Shown here piece by piece: positions 21,106-30,967 of a stretch of DNA of 64,000 nt. The position numbers and the translations under genes are program-made. Below the pieces are notes generated by a model, which made no database searches, was not told the DNA's origin, and was given only the letters and a program-made list of their open reading frames with translations. Each line of letters starts with the position of its first letter. The stretch's first letter is position 1. Origin of the DNA: an uncultured Acidobacteriota bacterium (GTDB taxonomy: Bacteria > Acidobacteriota > Thermoanaerobaculia > Gp7-AA8); the NCBI GenBank assembly GCA_963822445.1, contig CAWGHO010000001.1, positions 1,216,001-1,280,000 on the forward strand, written 5' to 3'.

Positions 21106-24015
21106 ATGTCCGCTCCGCTCTCGCGCAGGCTCTATCGCGCGGCTTTGCCGTGGGTGGCGATTGCCGTGCTCATGAGCACGGTCAGTGTCTTCGCCGCGGA
21201 GCGCGGCTTCCCCCTGATCACCGTCTATCCCGCCGAGATGCACAAGGCCGGGCCGCAGACCTTCGACATCGCCCAGGATCCCGAGGGCGTCCTCTATTTC
21301 GGCAACCTGCACGGTCTCGTGATTTACGACGGCGCCTGGTGGCGGCTGCTCGAATTGCCGGACGATCAGGTCGCGCTCTCGCTGGCCACCGACGACAAAG
21401 GCCGCCTGGCCATGGGCCTGGTCAACGACCTCGGATATCTCGCCCGCGACGCCAGCGGCTCCCCCATCTATCGCTCGCTGCTCGAGCAACTTCCCGGCGA
21501 TCAGCGCGAGCTCGGCGACGTCCGCGACGTCTGCACCACGGCGGCCGGCTTTCTGTACGTCGCCGAGCGCAGTCTGATCCTGTGGGACGGCGCGAAAGCA
21601 TCGGTGGCCGCGACGTTCGAAGGCGACTCCGCACCGCGCGGCTGCTCGTCCGAAGGCGGCAACGTTCTCCTCCGCGGACCGAAAGGCATTCATCGTTTCG
21701 ATCCGCGGGCGCGCAAGGTCACGCCGACCGCCGTCACCGATCCCGTGGAGCTGATTCTTCCCCGCGCTGATGGAAAGCTCGTCGCCGTCGTGCGCGACAA
21801 AGGCGTCTTTCTCATCGACGGCGACACGGTCACTCCCTGGTCGCCGGCCGCAACGGCCTGGCTGAAGGGCGACGTCGCCAGCGGCGGCGCACGCCTGCAC
21901 GACGGACGGCTGGTCATCACCTCCCGCCAGCACGGCCTGGCGATCCTCGACGCGAACGGCGAGATCGAACAGATCCTGCGCGACACTGCCGGTTTGCCGG
22001 ACTCGGTCATCACCGAGGCGCTGGTCGACCGGGAGGGGTCGCTGTGGGTGGCCATGGAAGGCCCGATCGTCCGCGTCGACGTCAGCTCGCCGGTCTCGGT
22101 GTTCGATGCGCGCCGCGGCATGAAGGGCGGCGCGATCGACGTGACCCGCTTCAACGGCCGTCTGTACGCCACGACGTCGTACGGACTGCACGCGATCGAC
22201 GCCGACGGCCACGCCCGCGTCATCAAAGGCATCAGAGGAGCGACCTGGCGTCTGCTGCCGTTCGATGACGAGTTGCTCATCGCGAACACCAAAGGCATCT
22301 GGATCATGCGTGCCGACGAGAATCCGAAGCTGATCGTCGAGCGCGATGGCGAGCTCTCCGACTTTTACCGCTCCCGCGTCGATCCGTCGCGGGTCTGGCT
22401 CGCCGAGCGGCACGGCATCTCCGCGCTTCGCCGCACCGCCGCGGGCTGGCAGTACGAGCCGGTGATGAAGGGCATGCCCCAGTACCTGTCGTCCGTGCTC
22501 GAGCACGAGGGTGTGCTCTGGTGCGGCTCGGTATTCAACGGAATCGTCCGCGTGGATGACCCGCGCGGACCCAAGCAGCGCGTGCAGCAGTTCGGCGACG
22601 GGGAAATGAATGTGTTCATCGCCGGCGGCCGGCCGGTGTTCGTCCGCGCGCGCGGCGAGATCGTCGCCATCGGCAACGGCGGCAAGCTCGTCCCCGATCC
22701 CATCCTCGGCCGCATCACCGCCCCGCGCGGATTCTTCGTGCTCGCCGAAGATGCCCGCGGCAATCTGTGGATCAACTCCACACCGCCGCGCGTGATCGAG
22801 CGGACCGCTAACGGGTATGCCGAGGATGGCAAGCCGCTGGTCTCGGTGACGGCGGCGGACATCCAGACGATCCGCGCCCATGCCGACGGCGTGGTCTGGT
22901 TCGCGTCGGACAAAGGCCTTTTCCGCTACGACCCTGCCGCCGCGAAGACTGCCGTGGCCGCGCAACCCGCGCCGATGATCCGCCGCGTCGTGGCCGGTGA
23001 AAACCGCCTGCTCTTCGGCGGCGTCGGAACGGGCGGCGACATCGAGCTTCCCCACAACTTCGGACGCATGCGCCTCGAGTTCGCGCCGGTTTCCTATCGT
23101 CCCGGCGTCGAATACCAGTACCGCCTCGATCCGATCGACGAGGACTGGAGCGAATGGACCGCGCAGCCGTTCATCGACTACACCACCCTCGCCGCGAACA
23201 AATACGTCTTCCGTCTTCGCGCTCGCGGCGCGGGCAACGCGGCGAGCAAGGAAGAGCAGTGGTCGTTCTCCGTGCGCGCGCCCTGGTACAGCACCGGATG
23301 GGCGAAGGCGCTCTGGACGATTCTGGCGATGGCGCTGATCGCGCTGATCACCTGGATGCGCACCGGGACTCTGCGCCGGCAGGCGGAAACGCTTCGCGCG
23401 CGCGTCGCGGAAAAGACGGCGGAGTTGCAGCAGACCGTGAAGCTGCTCGAGCAGGCCAACACGCAGCTCGAGGCGCTTTCGCTCGAGGATGATCTGACCG
23501 GCATCGCCAACCGGCGGTCGTTCGAGCGGGCGCTTTCCGAGGAGTGGAATCGCGCGAAGCGGCACGAGCATTCGCTCGCGCTGATTCTGTTGGATCTCGA
23601 TTACTTCAAAGACCTCAACGATCGCCGCGGACATCCTGCCGGCGACGACTGTCTGCGCCGCGTCGGTGCCTTTCTCGCCGAAACGATCCGCCGCAGCGGC
23701 GAAGTCGTCGCGCGTTACGGCGGCGAGGAGTTCGCGATTCTTCTGCCCGGCGTCGATGCCGAAGGGGCGATTCGCGTCGCTGAGGTATTGCGGGCGGGAA
23801 TCGAGAACCTGGGCGTGCCGTACGGACAAGGCCATCGCCGCGTGACTGCGAGTTGCGGGGTCGCCGCGCTCGTGCCCGTGCAGGAGCTGACCGCGGAGAG
23901 TCTCGTCGCCAGCGCCGATCGTGCGCTGTATGCCGCGAAGCACAGCGGGCGCAATTGCGTCCGCGTCGCCGATGAGACGACCACCGGTACCTGGTTACGT
24001 GATGTGAGTGCATGA
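21106..24015 (+). CDS. Diguanylate cyclase with periplasmic beta-propeller/Y_Y_Y sensor
   Basis: Signal peptide, propeller repeats, EYQYRL..DWSEW..YTTL..Y.FRLRAR, TM, DDLTGIANRR, RYGGEEF, ADRALYAAKHSGRN. Confidence 0.9.
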   Translation: MSAPLSRRLYRAALPWVAIAVLMSTVSVFAAERGFPLITVYPAEMHKAGPQTFDIAQDPEGVLYFGNLHGLVIYDGAWWRLLELPDDQVALSLATDDKGRLAMGLVNDLGYLARDASGSPIYRSLLEQLPGDQRELGDVRDVCTTAAGFLYVAERSLILWDGAKASVAATFEGDSAPRGCSSEGGNVLLRGPKGIHRFDPRARKVTPTAVTDPVELILPRADGKLVAVVRDKGVFLIDGDTVTPWSPAATAWLKGDVASGGARLHDGRLVITSRQHGLAILDANGEIEQILRDTAGLPDSVITEALVDREGSLWVAMEGPIVRVDVSSPVSVFDARRGMKGGAIDVTRFNGRLYATTSYGLHAIDADGHARVIKGIRGATWRLLPFDDELLIANTKGIWIMRADENPKLIVERDGELSDFYRSRVDPSRVWLAERHGISALRRTAAGWQYEPVMKGMPQYLSSVLEHEGVLWCGSVFNGIVRVDDPRGPKQRVQQFGDGEMNVFIAGGRPVFVRARGEIVAIGNGGKLVPDPILGRITAPRGFFVLAEDARGNLWINSTPPRVIERTANGYAEDGKPLVSVTAADIQTIRAHADGVVWFASDKGLFRYDPAAAKTAVAAQPAPMIRRVVAGENRLLFGGVGTGGDIELPHNFGRMRLEFAPVSYRPGVEYQYRLDPIDEDWSEWTAQPFIDYTTLAANKYVFRLRARGAGNAASKEEQWSFSVRAPWYSTGWAKALWTILAMALIALITWMRTGTLRRQAETLRARVAEKTAELQQTVKLLEQANTQLEALSLEDDLTGIANRRSFERALSEEWNRAKRHEHSLALILLDLDYFKDLNDRRGHPAGDDCLRRVGAFLAETIRRSGEVVARYGGEEFAILLPGVDAEGAIRVAEVLRAGIENLGVPYGQGHRRVTASCGVAALVPVQELTAESLVASADRALYAAKHSGRNCVRVADETTTGTWLRDVSA

Positions 24016-26792
24016 ACGCGAAGACCACTCCCCGTCCGCCGACCACGATGTCCGAGCAGGCCGCGGCGCTGCACGCGAGCCGCGAGGCTTACCGCGTTCT
24101 TTTCACCCACGCGCCGATCGGCCTCTATCGTACGGACAGAGCGGGTGAAGTCATCCTCGCGAATCCCGCGCTGCTGCGGATGCTCGGTTACGAGTCGTTC
24201 GAACAGCTCGCCGCGGCCGACGTGGCCCGCGACGGCTTGCGCGCGGACCGCGATCGCAAGACGTTTCGCGATCTCCTGGCCCGCGGCGGCGTGAAGGACC
24301 TCGAATCGCACTGGTGGACCAACGACGGCGACACGGTCCTCCTCTGCGAGACCGCCAATCCCGTGCTCGGCGAGAAGGGCGAAGTGCTCTGCTACGAAGG
24401 CATCGTCAGCGACGTCAGCGAGCGCAACGCCCTGCGCGAGAACCGCGAGCGTTACGAGCACATCATCGAGAACGCGAACGACATCATCTACCGCGCCGAC
24501 TATCGCGGCCGTTTCACGTACGTGAATCCCGCCGCGGAGCGCATCACCGGCTTCGACGAGAACGAGCTGATCGGGCGGCACTTCCTCGACCTGATCGACA
24601 TCGAGTACCGCGACGTCGCCGACTACTTCTACCGCAGCCAGTTCAACTCCCGCGAGCTGAGCACCTACTTCGAGTTTCCGATGATCACCAAATCGGGGAC
24701 GCGGATCTGGATCGGACAGAACGTTCTCACTCTGCTCGACGGCGACCGCGTAACCGGCTTCGAGGCCGTGGCCCGCGACATCACCGCCGGCAAGCATATG
24801 GAACAGGAGCTGTCCCAGGCGCGGGACGCGGCCATCGAGTCGGCGCGCGCCAAGACGGAGTTCCTGGCGAACGTCAGCCACGAGATCCGCACGCCCCTCA
24901 ACGGCGTCCTGGGCATGACCAACCTCCTCCTGGGCACCTCGATCACGCCCGAGCAGCGCGAATATGCCGAGGCCATTCGCTCGAGCGGACAGTCCCTGCT
25001 TTCGGTCGTCAACGACGTGCTCGATCTCGCACGCGTCGAGTCCGGCAAGCTGACCATCGAAAACCTCGACTTCGATCTCGACGATCTGATCGAGACCGTG
25101 ACCGACGTCTTCGCCGCGCGCGCCGCGGCGAAGCGATTGAAGTTCCGCACGCACATCGCCTCCGACGTTCCGCGATTCCTGCGCGGCGATTCGTATCGCA
25201 TCAATCAGGTCCTTCTGAATCTGGTCGGCAACGCGATCAAGTTCACCGATCGCGGCGAGGTCGTGCTGACGGTCATGCAGGCCGGACGAAAGGATTCCTT
25301 CGCCAGCCTCCGGTTCCTCGTCACGGACACCGGCATCGGGATCGACGCGAATGCGCAGCGGCGGATCTTCACGCCGTTCACCCAGGCCGACGGCACGACG
25401 TCACGCAAGTACGGCGGAAGCGGACTGGGACTCGCGGTCGCGAAACAGCTCACCGAGGCGATGAACGGCGAGATCGGGGTGATGAGCGTGGCCGGCGAAG
25501 GATCGACCTTCTGGTTCGAGCTGCCGCTCATCATGCAGGACACGCCCGGCGAGCGCGCCGCGGCGCGATGGGACCTTCACGACAAACGGGCCCTGCTCGT
25601 CGACGGCAACGACGCGCAGCGGCTCATGGTGGCGCGGCATCTCAGCCCGACGGCGATCACCATCGACGAGGCCATGAGCGCCGGCGACGCGATCGCCGCC
25701 GCGTATCGCCGCAGGTACGACGTGATCATCTTCGACATGCAGTTGCCGGATGACGACGGCATGTCGCTAGCCCGCTCGATCCGCGCCGATCCCGCGCTGG
25801 CAACCACGCGGCTCGTGCTGTTGACCTCGTTCGGCCGCCGCCGCGCGGACGTCATCGCCTTCGAGACCGCCGGCATCGATCGGTTTCTCATGAAGCCCAT
25901 CCGCCGCACGCAATTGTGTGAGACCGTTGCGCGCTTGATCGCCGGAGACGACCAGACCCCGCAAATCCGACACACGACCGTCGAGAGCGCGCCGCCGAAA
26001 TCAGCGCGCGTGCTTCTCGTCGAAGACAACAGCGTCAACCAGCTCGTGGCCCTGGGCCAGCTCCGCAAGCTCGGACACGAATGCGTCATCGCAGCGAGCG
26101 GCGCCGAAGCGCTGGCCGCCCTCCCCGACGGCCATTTCGACGTCGTGCTCATGGACTGCTCGATGCCGGACATGGACGGCTACGAGACCACGCGCCGCAT
26201 GCGTCAGCTCGATTCGGTCGTGCGCGCCGTTCCCATCATCGCCATCACCGCCCACGCCCTCCCCGGCGAGCGCGAGAAGTGTCTCGCTTCGGGCATGAAC
26301 GACTATCTGGCCAAGCCGGTTTCGACCGAACAGCTCGGCGCGATGATCAAGCTCTGGACAAGCAAGGATTCTGCAGCGACAGTCGAAACGCCGGACCTGG
26401 TGATGGAAGAGGATGATCACTTCGTGCTCGATCGCGAACGGGTGAGCTCGTTCATGACCATCGGCCGCACGCAGGAGGGGTTCCTCGAAGGTCTCGTGCG
26501 GACGTTCAAGCAGGACGTGCCGTCCCGTCTCGATGCATTGCGCGCCGCGGCCGCGACGGCAGACACGCACGACCTCGCGCTCGCCGCGCACGCGCTGAAG
26601 AGCTCGTGCGGAACTGTAGGCGCGCGGCGGATGTACGCGGTGGCAGCGACTTTGGAACAGAAAGTTCGGGCCGGAAGGCTCGAAGGCGTGAACGCATCGA
26701 TCGAGCAACTGGCCGCCGAATTTCCGCGCGTGCTCGAGGCGTATACCGGCATTATCCGACGCAGCGGCCAGCATCGCGCTGCGGGCTATTGA
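24012..26792 (+). CDS. Hybrid histidine kinase (PAS-PAS-HisKA-HATPase-REC-REC-Hpt)
   Basis: SHEIRTPLNG, NAIKFT, YGGSGLGL, DMQLP, MDCSMPDMDG, AHALKSS. Confidence 0.93.
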   Translation: MNAKTTPRPPTTMSEQAAALHASREAYRVLFTHAPIGLYRTDRAGEVILANPALLRMLGYESFEQLAAADVARDGLRADRDRKTFRDLLARGGVKDLESHWWTNDGDTVLLCETANPVLGEKGEVLCYEGIVSDVSERNALRENRERYEHIIENANDIIYRADYRGRFTYVNPAAERITGFDENELIGRHFLDLIDIEYRDVADYFYRSQFNSRELSTYFEFPMITKSGTRIWIGQNVLTLLDGDRVTGFEAVARDITAGKHMEQELSQARDAAIESARAKTEFLANVSHEIRTPLNGVLGMTNLLLGTSITPEQREYAEAIRSSGQSLLSVVNDVLDLARVESGKLTIENLDFDLDDLIETVTDVFAARAAAKRLKFRTHIASDVPRFLRGDSYRINQVLLNLVGNAIKFTDRGEVVLTVMQAGRKDSFASLRFLVTDTGIGIDANAQRRIFTPFTQADGTTSRKYGGSGLGLAVAKQLTEAMNGEIGVMSVAGEGSTFWFELPLIMQDTPGERAAARWDLHDKRALLVDGNDAQRLMVARHLSPTAITIDEAMSAGDAIAAAYRRRYDVIIFDMQLPDDDGMSLARSIRADPALATTRLVLLTSFGRRRADVIAFETAGIDRFLMKPIRRTQLCETVARLIAGDDQTPQIRHTTVESAPPKSARVLLVEDNSVNQLVALGQLRKLGHECVIAASGAEALAALPDGHFDVVLMDCSMPDMDGYETTRRMRQLDSVVRAVPIIAITAHALPGEREKCLASGMNDYLAKPVSTEQLGAMIKLWTSKDSAATVETPDLVMEEDDHFVLDRERVSSFMTIGRTQEGFLEGLVRTFKQDVPSRLDALRAAAATADTHDLALAAHALKSSCGTVGARRMYAVAATLEQKVRAGRLEGVNASIEQLAAEFPRVLEAYTGIIRRSGQHRAAGY

Positions 26793-26812
26793 GTTACCCT
26801 GACCGGCCATTT

Positions 26813-28174
26813 ATGGAACAGCTAGGCATCTACAAATTGATCAGCCGCCTCGGCGCCGGAGGCATGGGCGAGGTGTGGCGCGCGGAAGACACGCGGCTGC
26901 TGCGGCAGGTTGCGGTGAAGATCCTTCCCGATGCGCTGGCGGCCGATCCGGAGTGGAAAGAACGGTTCATGCGCGAGGCCCGGACCATCGCGCAGCTCAA
27001 CCACCCGAACATCGCCACGATCTACAGCATCGAGGAGTACGGCGACACGCTCTTCATCGCCATGGAGCTGGTCGAGGGCGAGCCGCTTTCGAACCTGATC
27101 GCGAATGGGCCGTTGATCCCCGCGGACGCGGTGCGGGTGGCCACCCACGTTTCCGACGCGCTTTCCGAGGCGCATCACAAAGGCATCGTTCACCGCGACA
27201 TCAAGCCGGACAACATCCTGGTCTCGACCCGTTTCATCAAGGTCCTCGACTTCGGCATCGCCAAGCACATCGGAGGGACTTCGGACGCGAATCTGACCCA
27301 AGGCGGGATGGTGGTCGGCACGCCGCACTACATGGCCCCCGAGCAGGCCCTCGGCCGCGCCGTCGACACCCGCACGGACATCTTCTCCCTCGGCGTCGTG
27401 CTGTACGAGATGCTGTCCGGTCAGAAGCCCTTCACCGGCGACGCCGTCACCGCGATCCTGCTGCAGATCGTGATGACCGAGCCGACGGACATCGCCATCG
27501 CCGCTGCGGGGATCAGCCCCGCGCTGGCGAGCATCGTCCGCCGCTGCATGAGCAAGCAGCCGGACAATCGCTTCCAGGATTGCGACGAGCTGCGCAAGGC
27601 GCTCACGAGTGCGCTGCGCGATGAGCGTGGGTCGGCGCGGCAGTCCCAGGTGCCGACGATCTCCGTTCCCAAGGCCGTGAAGCCGGACGCTGCACCGACG
27701 ATCGCTCAGGTTCCGCCGGCGGTGGTGCGCAAGGCGACCGAGCCCGGGCGCACGCCGCAGCCGGAGCCGATTCGCCCGATGGCGACGGCGCCGAAACCAC
27801 CATCCGCCGCGAATGCGTCAGGCAAGCGTGCGCTGGTCGCGGATGACGATCCGGCGACGCGCTATCTCCTGAACAGCGTGCTGGCGCGGTACGAGATCGC
27901 CGTCGACGAGGCCGAGAACGGCGCGGACGCGGTGAAGTACCTCAAGCAGAACGAGTACACGCTGGTGTTCCTCGATCTGCTCATGCCGCGCGTCGATGGC
28001 TGGGGTGTGATCGACTTCCTGCGCTCCCGTCGCGGCGGCCGTGCGCCGCAGCTGTACGTCGTGACCGGTGTGCACAATCAGAAGCTGAGCGCCGCCGATC
28101 AGGATGTGGTGTCGGGGCTGTTGTACAAGCCGATCGATCTCACTCAGGTGGAGCGTCTGGTTCAGGCGGTTTAG
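26813..28174 (+). CDS. Ser/Thr protein kinase with C-terminal receiver domain
   Basis: LGAGGMGEVW, HRDIKPDN, DFG, YMAPEQ; Pro/Ala linker; LVADDD...LDLLMPRVDG...KP. Confidence 0.92.
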   Translation: MEQLGIYKLISRLGAGGMGEVWRAEDTRLLRQVAVKILPDALAADPEWKERFMREARTIAQLNHPNIATIYSIEEYGDTLFIAMELVEGEPLSNLIANGPLIPADAVRVATHVSDALSEAHHKGIVHRDIKPDNILVSTRFIKVLDFGIAKHIGGTSDANLTQGGMVVGTPHYMAPEQALGRAVDTRTDIFSLGVVLYEMLSGQKPFTGDAVTAILLQIVMTEPTDIAIAAAGISPALASIVRRCMSKQPDNRFQDCDELRKALTSALRDERGSARQSQVPTISVPKAVKPDAAPTIAQVPPAVVRKATEPGRTPQPEPIRPMATAPKPPSAANASGKRALVADDDPATRYLLNSVLARYEIAVDEAENGADAVKYLKQNEYTLVFLDLLMPRVDGWGVIDFLRSRRGGRAPQLYVVTGVHNQKLSAADQDVVSGLLYKPIDLTQVERLVQAV

Positions 28175-28466
28175 GTTCCTTCGCCTTCTCTCTGACCGCC
28201 TTGAATGCCGCCTCGATCTCGTGCCACGCGCGCTCGAAACCGGTTCTGATCTCCGCCGCGACCGGCGCGCCGTTTTTCTGCAGCCCGACGACGATGTCCT
28301 TGGCCCGCACGAGCGTGTGCCGCAACGTGCCGGTGATCTCGGAAAGATCGCCGCGCGCCGACTCGAGCGATTCCTTCGCACGCTCCTCGAACCTGTCGAC
28401 GTCGATCCCCCAGTCGCGAAGGGAGTCGGTGACTGATTTCTTGTCTTTGTCTTCCTGGTCGGACAT
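28140..28466 (-). CDS. Small helical hypothetical protein
   Basis: MSDQEDKDKK..., amphipathic; TACCCT 7 nt before ATG 28466. Confidence 0.65.
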   Translation of the reverse strand: MSDQEDKDKKSVTDSLRDWGIDVDRFEERAKESLESARGDLSEITGTLRHTLVRAKDIVVGLQKNGAPVAAEIRTGFERAWHEIEAAFKAVREKAKEPKPPEPDAPPE

Positions 28467-28501
28467 GCGAGTTAGGGTATCAGAGGCCACGAACTGCAGC
28501 G

Positions 28502-29653
28502 CTAGAGCACGTCTTCCACTTTGTAGTAGAGGTAGTAGTCGGCGCCGTCGCTGCAGAACCGGACACGACTCTCGCTCGTGGCCACGACCGGAATCGTGCG
28601 CTCGCCGAGCTTGTCGTGCTGATCCGGAAAGTGCCCGAGATCCTCATCCCACAACGTCACGATGAGCGGCATGGTGAATGGCATGAGCTCCCAATTGATC
28701 TGCCAGACATCGCCGTCGTTCATGTCCTTCCTGTTCGGCACCATGATGTTGGGCCCGCCGGCAACGACCTTGACGTCGAGACGGCACTCGTCATCGCCGA
28801 GCCAGTCCTCGGTCGCGCAGCACACCAGACGCAACAACGTCACCTTGAACACGCGCGGCCTGTCGGTGAGCACCAGGATCGGATCCGCCGTTGGCGCACA
28901 TGCCGACTTGGTTCCGTCGCGCAAGACACGCACGCGATACGGACCTGCGAACGGCGCCGTCGCGGGCAGCGCAACCACAACCTCGGCCTCACCCCAACTG
29001 CTGACAGTCAGGTTCTCTGTCTGGTTTCCCTGGCCAGTGAGCGTGACGGTGCCGGTGGCGCTGCCAAACCCGTTTGGCGAGAGGACGGTCCGAAGGGCGA
29101 TGTCATCACCCCAGAATGCGACGGTGGGCGTCACCGTGAAGAGCGGACAACTTGGGTTGGTGACGTCGAAGATCGAGATCGCGCGCGGCGGGCAGGTCTC
29201 GTTCGGCGCCTGGATCCAGTACGGCGGGCCGCCTGCGAGCGGAGCGGCCGGCAGCGTGATGCGGACGCTGGTCAGCGTCCACGACGTCACCGTTGCCTCG
29301 ACCCTTGTCACCGGCGCCATCGCATTCGGGCCGGCCAGCAGCCAGACACTGCCAGGCAGCCCGAAATTCGGCAAGCCGACGACGTCGAGCGTCACGGCGT
29401 CACCCCAGTGCGGGGCCAGCGGACTGACCGTGTAAATCGGGCAGAGCTCACCGCCGAGCTCCAGCAAATCCATCACGCCGGCGAACGCATCTCGATGCCG
29501 GCGCCAGTTCGGAATCACCGTGGCGAGCGTCTTGAGATCTCGATTCGCCCGCTCCAACGCTTTCGACTGCTTCGACTTCGACTGCTTCGACCGCTTCGGC
29601 GCTGACTTTTTGGATGGTTTCCTGGTGGCTTTCATTTCTGGCCCGCCCTTCAT
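28502..29653 (-). CDS. Hypothetical protein: basic N-terminal tail, two IPT/Ig-like repeats, acidic C2-like C-terminal domain
   Basis: Repeats CP[IL][YF]TV.P....WGD...L...FG..G.V.L.G...V.SW; C-terminus EDWLGDDE..LWDEDLG..DQHDKLG. Confidence 0.65.
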   Translation of the reverse strand: MKGGPEMKATRKPSKKSAPKRSKQSKSKQSKALERANRDLKTLATVIPNWRRHRDAFAGVMDLLELGGELCPIYTVSPLAPHWGDAVTLDVVGLPNFGLPGSVWLLAGPNAMAPVTRVEATVTSWTLTSVRITLPAAPLAGGPPYWIQAPNETCPPRAISIFDVTNPSCPLFTVTPTVAFWGDDIALRTVLSPNGFGSATGTVTLTGQGNQTENLTVSSWGEAEVVVALPATAPFAGPYRVRVLRDGTKSACAPTADPILVLTDRPRVFKVTLLRLVCCATEDWLGDDECRLDVKVVAGGPNIMVPNRKDMNDGDVWQINWELMPFTMPLIVTLWDEDLGHFPDQHDKLGERTIPVVATSESRVRFCSDGADYYLYYKVEDVL

Positions 29654-29763
29654 TTAAAGGAGTGCCTCGAACGGCTTTTTCCACACCCATCCGGAGATCA
29701 GTCCAAGCGTCTCGACCGAAAGAGGCCGCGCTTGAAGTAGGCTTTTGAACACAGGAGAACGCC

Positions 29764-30255
29764 ATGAACATCACTGAGGTATTGCTCGCCCAACTGGAAC
29801 GGGAGATTGGCGCAACGCGCAAGGGCCTGGAGCGCGTGCCGGAGGGGAAGCCTGATTGGAAACCGCATCCGAAATCGATGCCGCTGGGGTACCTCTCGGC
29901 GCTCATCGCAACCATGTTCGGGTGGATCGAGATGATGGTCCAGAGCGACTACCTCGATCTCGCCAGCGGGAGCAGACCATCGGCAAACACGGGTCCCGAG
30001 CGTCTGGCCCTCTTCGACAAATCTGTCGAGCAGGCGCGCCGCGCGCTGACGAACACCACGGACGATCACCTCATGAAGCCATGGCAACTCCGGGTCGGAG
30101 GGAAGGTCGTGGACGAGAAGCCACGGCACGTCATGATCGCCGATACGTTCTCGCACCTGGCCCATCACCGCGGACAGCTGACGGTTTATCTCCGGCTCAA
30201 CGAGCAGAAGGTTCCTTCGATCTACGGACCGACGGCGGATGAGGGGTGGCAGTAG
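29764..30255 (+). CDS. DinB family protein
   Basis: WKPHPKSMPLG, HLAHHRGQLTVYLRL, VPSIYGPTADE; AGGAG RBS. Confidence 0.9.
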   Translation: MNITEVLLAQLEREIGATRKGLERVPEGKPDWKPHPKSMPLGYLSALIATMFGWIEMMVQSDYLDLASGSRPSANTGPERLALFDKSVEQARRALTNTTDDHLMKPWQLRVGGKVVDEKPRHVMIADTFSHLAHHRGQLTVYLRLNEQKVPSIYGPTADEGWQ

Positions 30256-30277
30256 ACGTGCCTGACGCGACCCACTT

Positions 30278-30967
30278 TCACGGTTTGACGCAGACCCGTC
30301 CCGTGTAATCGATCCGGTGCAGCAACGGCCGCGGGCGCAGCCGGTCCAGATACTCGTCCGTCGCTTTCCGCGCCCCACGCCAGTAACCGTAATCGTCGAC
30401 GATCAGCACGCCGCCGCGAACGAGGTGCGGGTAGAGATGCTCGAGCTCGTGCCGCGTCGAGGCGTACCAGTCCGTGTCGAGGCGAAGCAGCGCGAGCGCG
30501 TCGGGCGCGGATTCCGGCAACGTCGTCATGACGTCCCCTTCCACGAAGCGGAAGCGCTCGAAGGGATAGCCGGTCCGGCGGAGATTCGCCGCCACCGCGG
30601 CCCGCGACGCAATGCCCCAGAACGGATCGTCAGCACTGCGCGGGTGCTGCTCCAGAATTTCGGCAGCGGTGCGTCCGCTCATCTCCTGCACGTCCTCGGC
30701 GGTCGGCGCGGTCATGCCGCCGAAGGTGTCGTAGAGCCAGAGATTGCGCGTCGTATCGCCGTGGCGCAGCAGCGTCAGCGCCATCAGCATCAGCGATCCG
30801 CCGCGCCACACACCGCATTCGGCGAAATCGCCCGCGAGCCCGTTCTCCGCGACATAGCGCGTCGCCGACCAGAGCGCGTACATCCGCTCCAGCGAGGTCA
30901 TGGTGTGCTCGCGGCAGAGCTCGTAAAGCTCGAGGAACTCCGGCTCGAGATCGAACTGGTGGCTCAC
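30278..30967 (-). CDS. TylF/MycF/NovP-family O-methyltransferase
   Basis: GDFAECGVWRGGS, LYDTFGG, LRLDTDWYAST, IVDDYGYW; GTGA overlap with upstream gene. Confidence 0.92.
   Translation of the reverse strand: MSHQFDLEPEFLELYELCREHTMTSLERMYALWSATRYVAENGLAGDFAECGVWRGGSLMLMALTLLRHGDTTRNLWLYDTFGGMTAPTAEDVQEMSGRTAAEILEQHPRSADDPFWGIASRAAVAANLRRTGYPFERFRFVEGDVMTTLPESAPDALALLRLDTDWYASTRHELEHLYPHLVRGGVLIVDDYGYWRGARKATDEYLDRLRPRPLLHRIDYTGRVCVKP

Noticed and set aside
20317-24015. 1232-aa molybdo-oxidoreductase/diguanylate cyclase fusion in the ORF track
   Set aside because: Artefact of a frameshift near 20750. The oxidoreductase finishes in another frame at 21046, and the cyclase has its own ATG (21106) and signal peptide.
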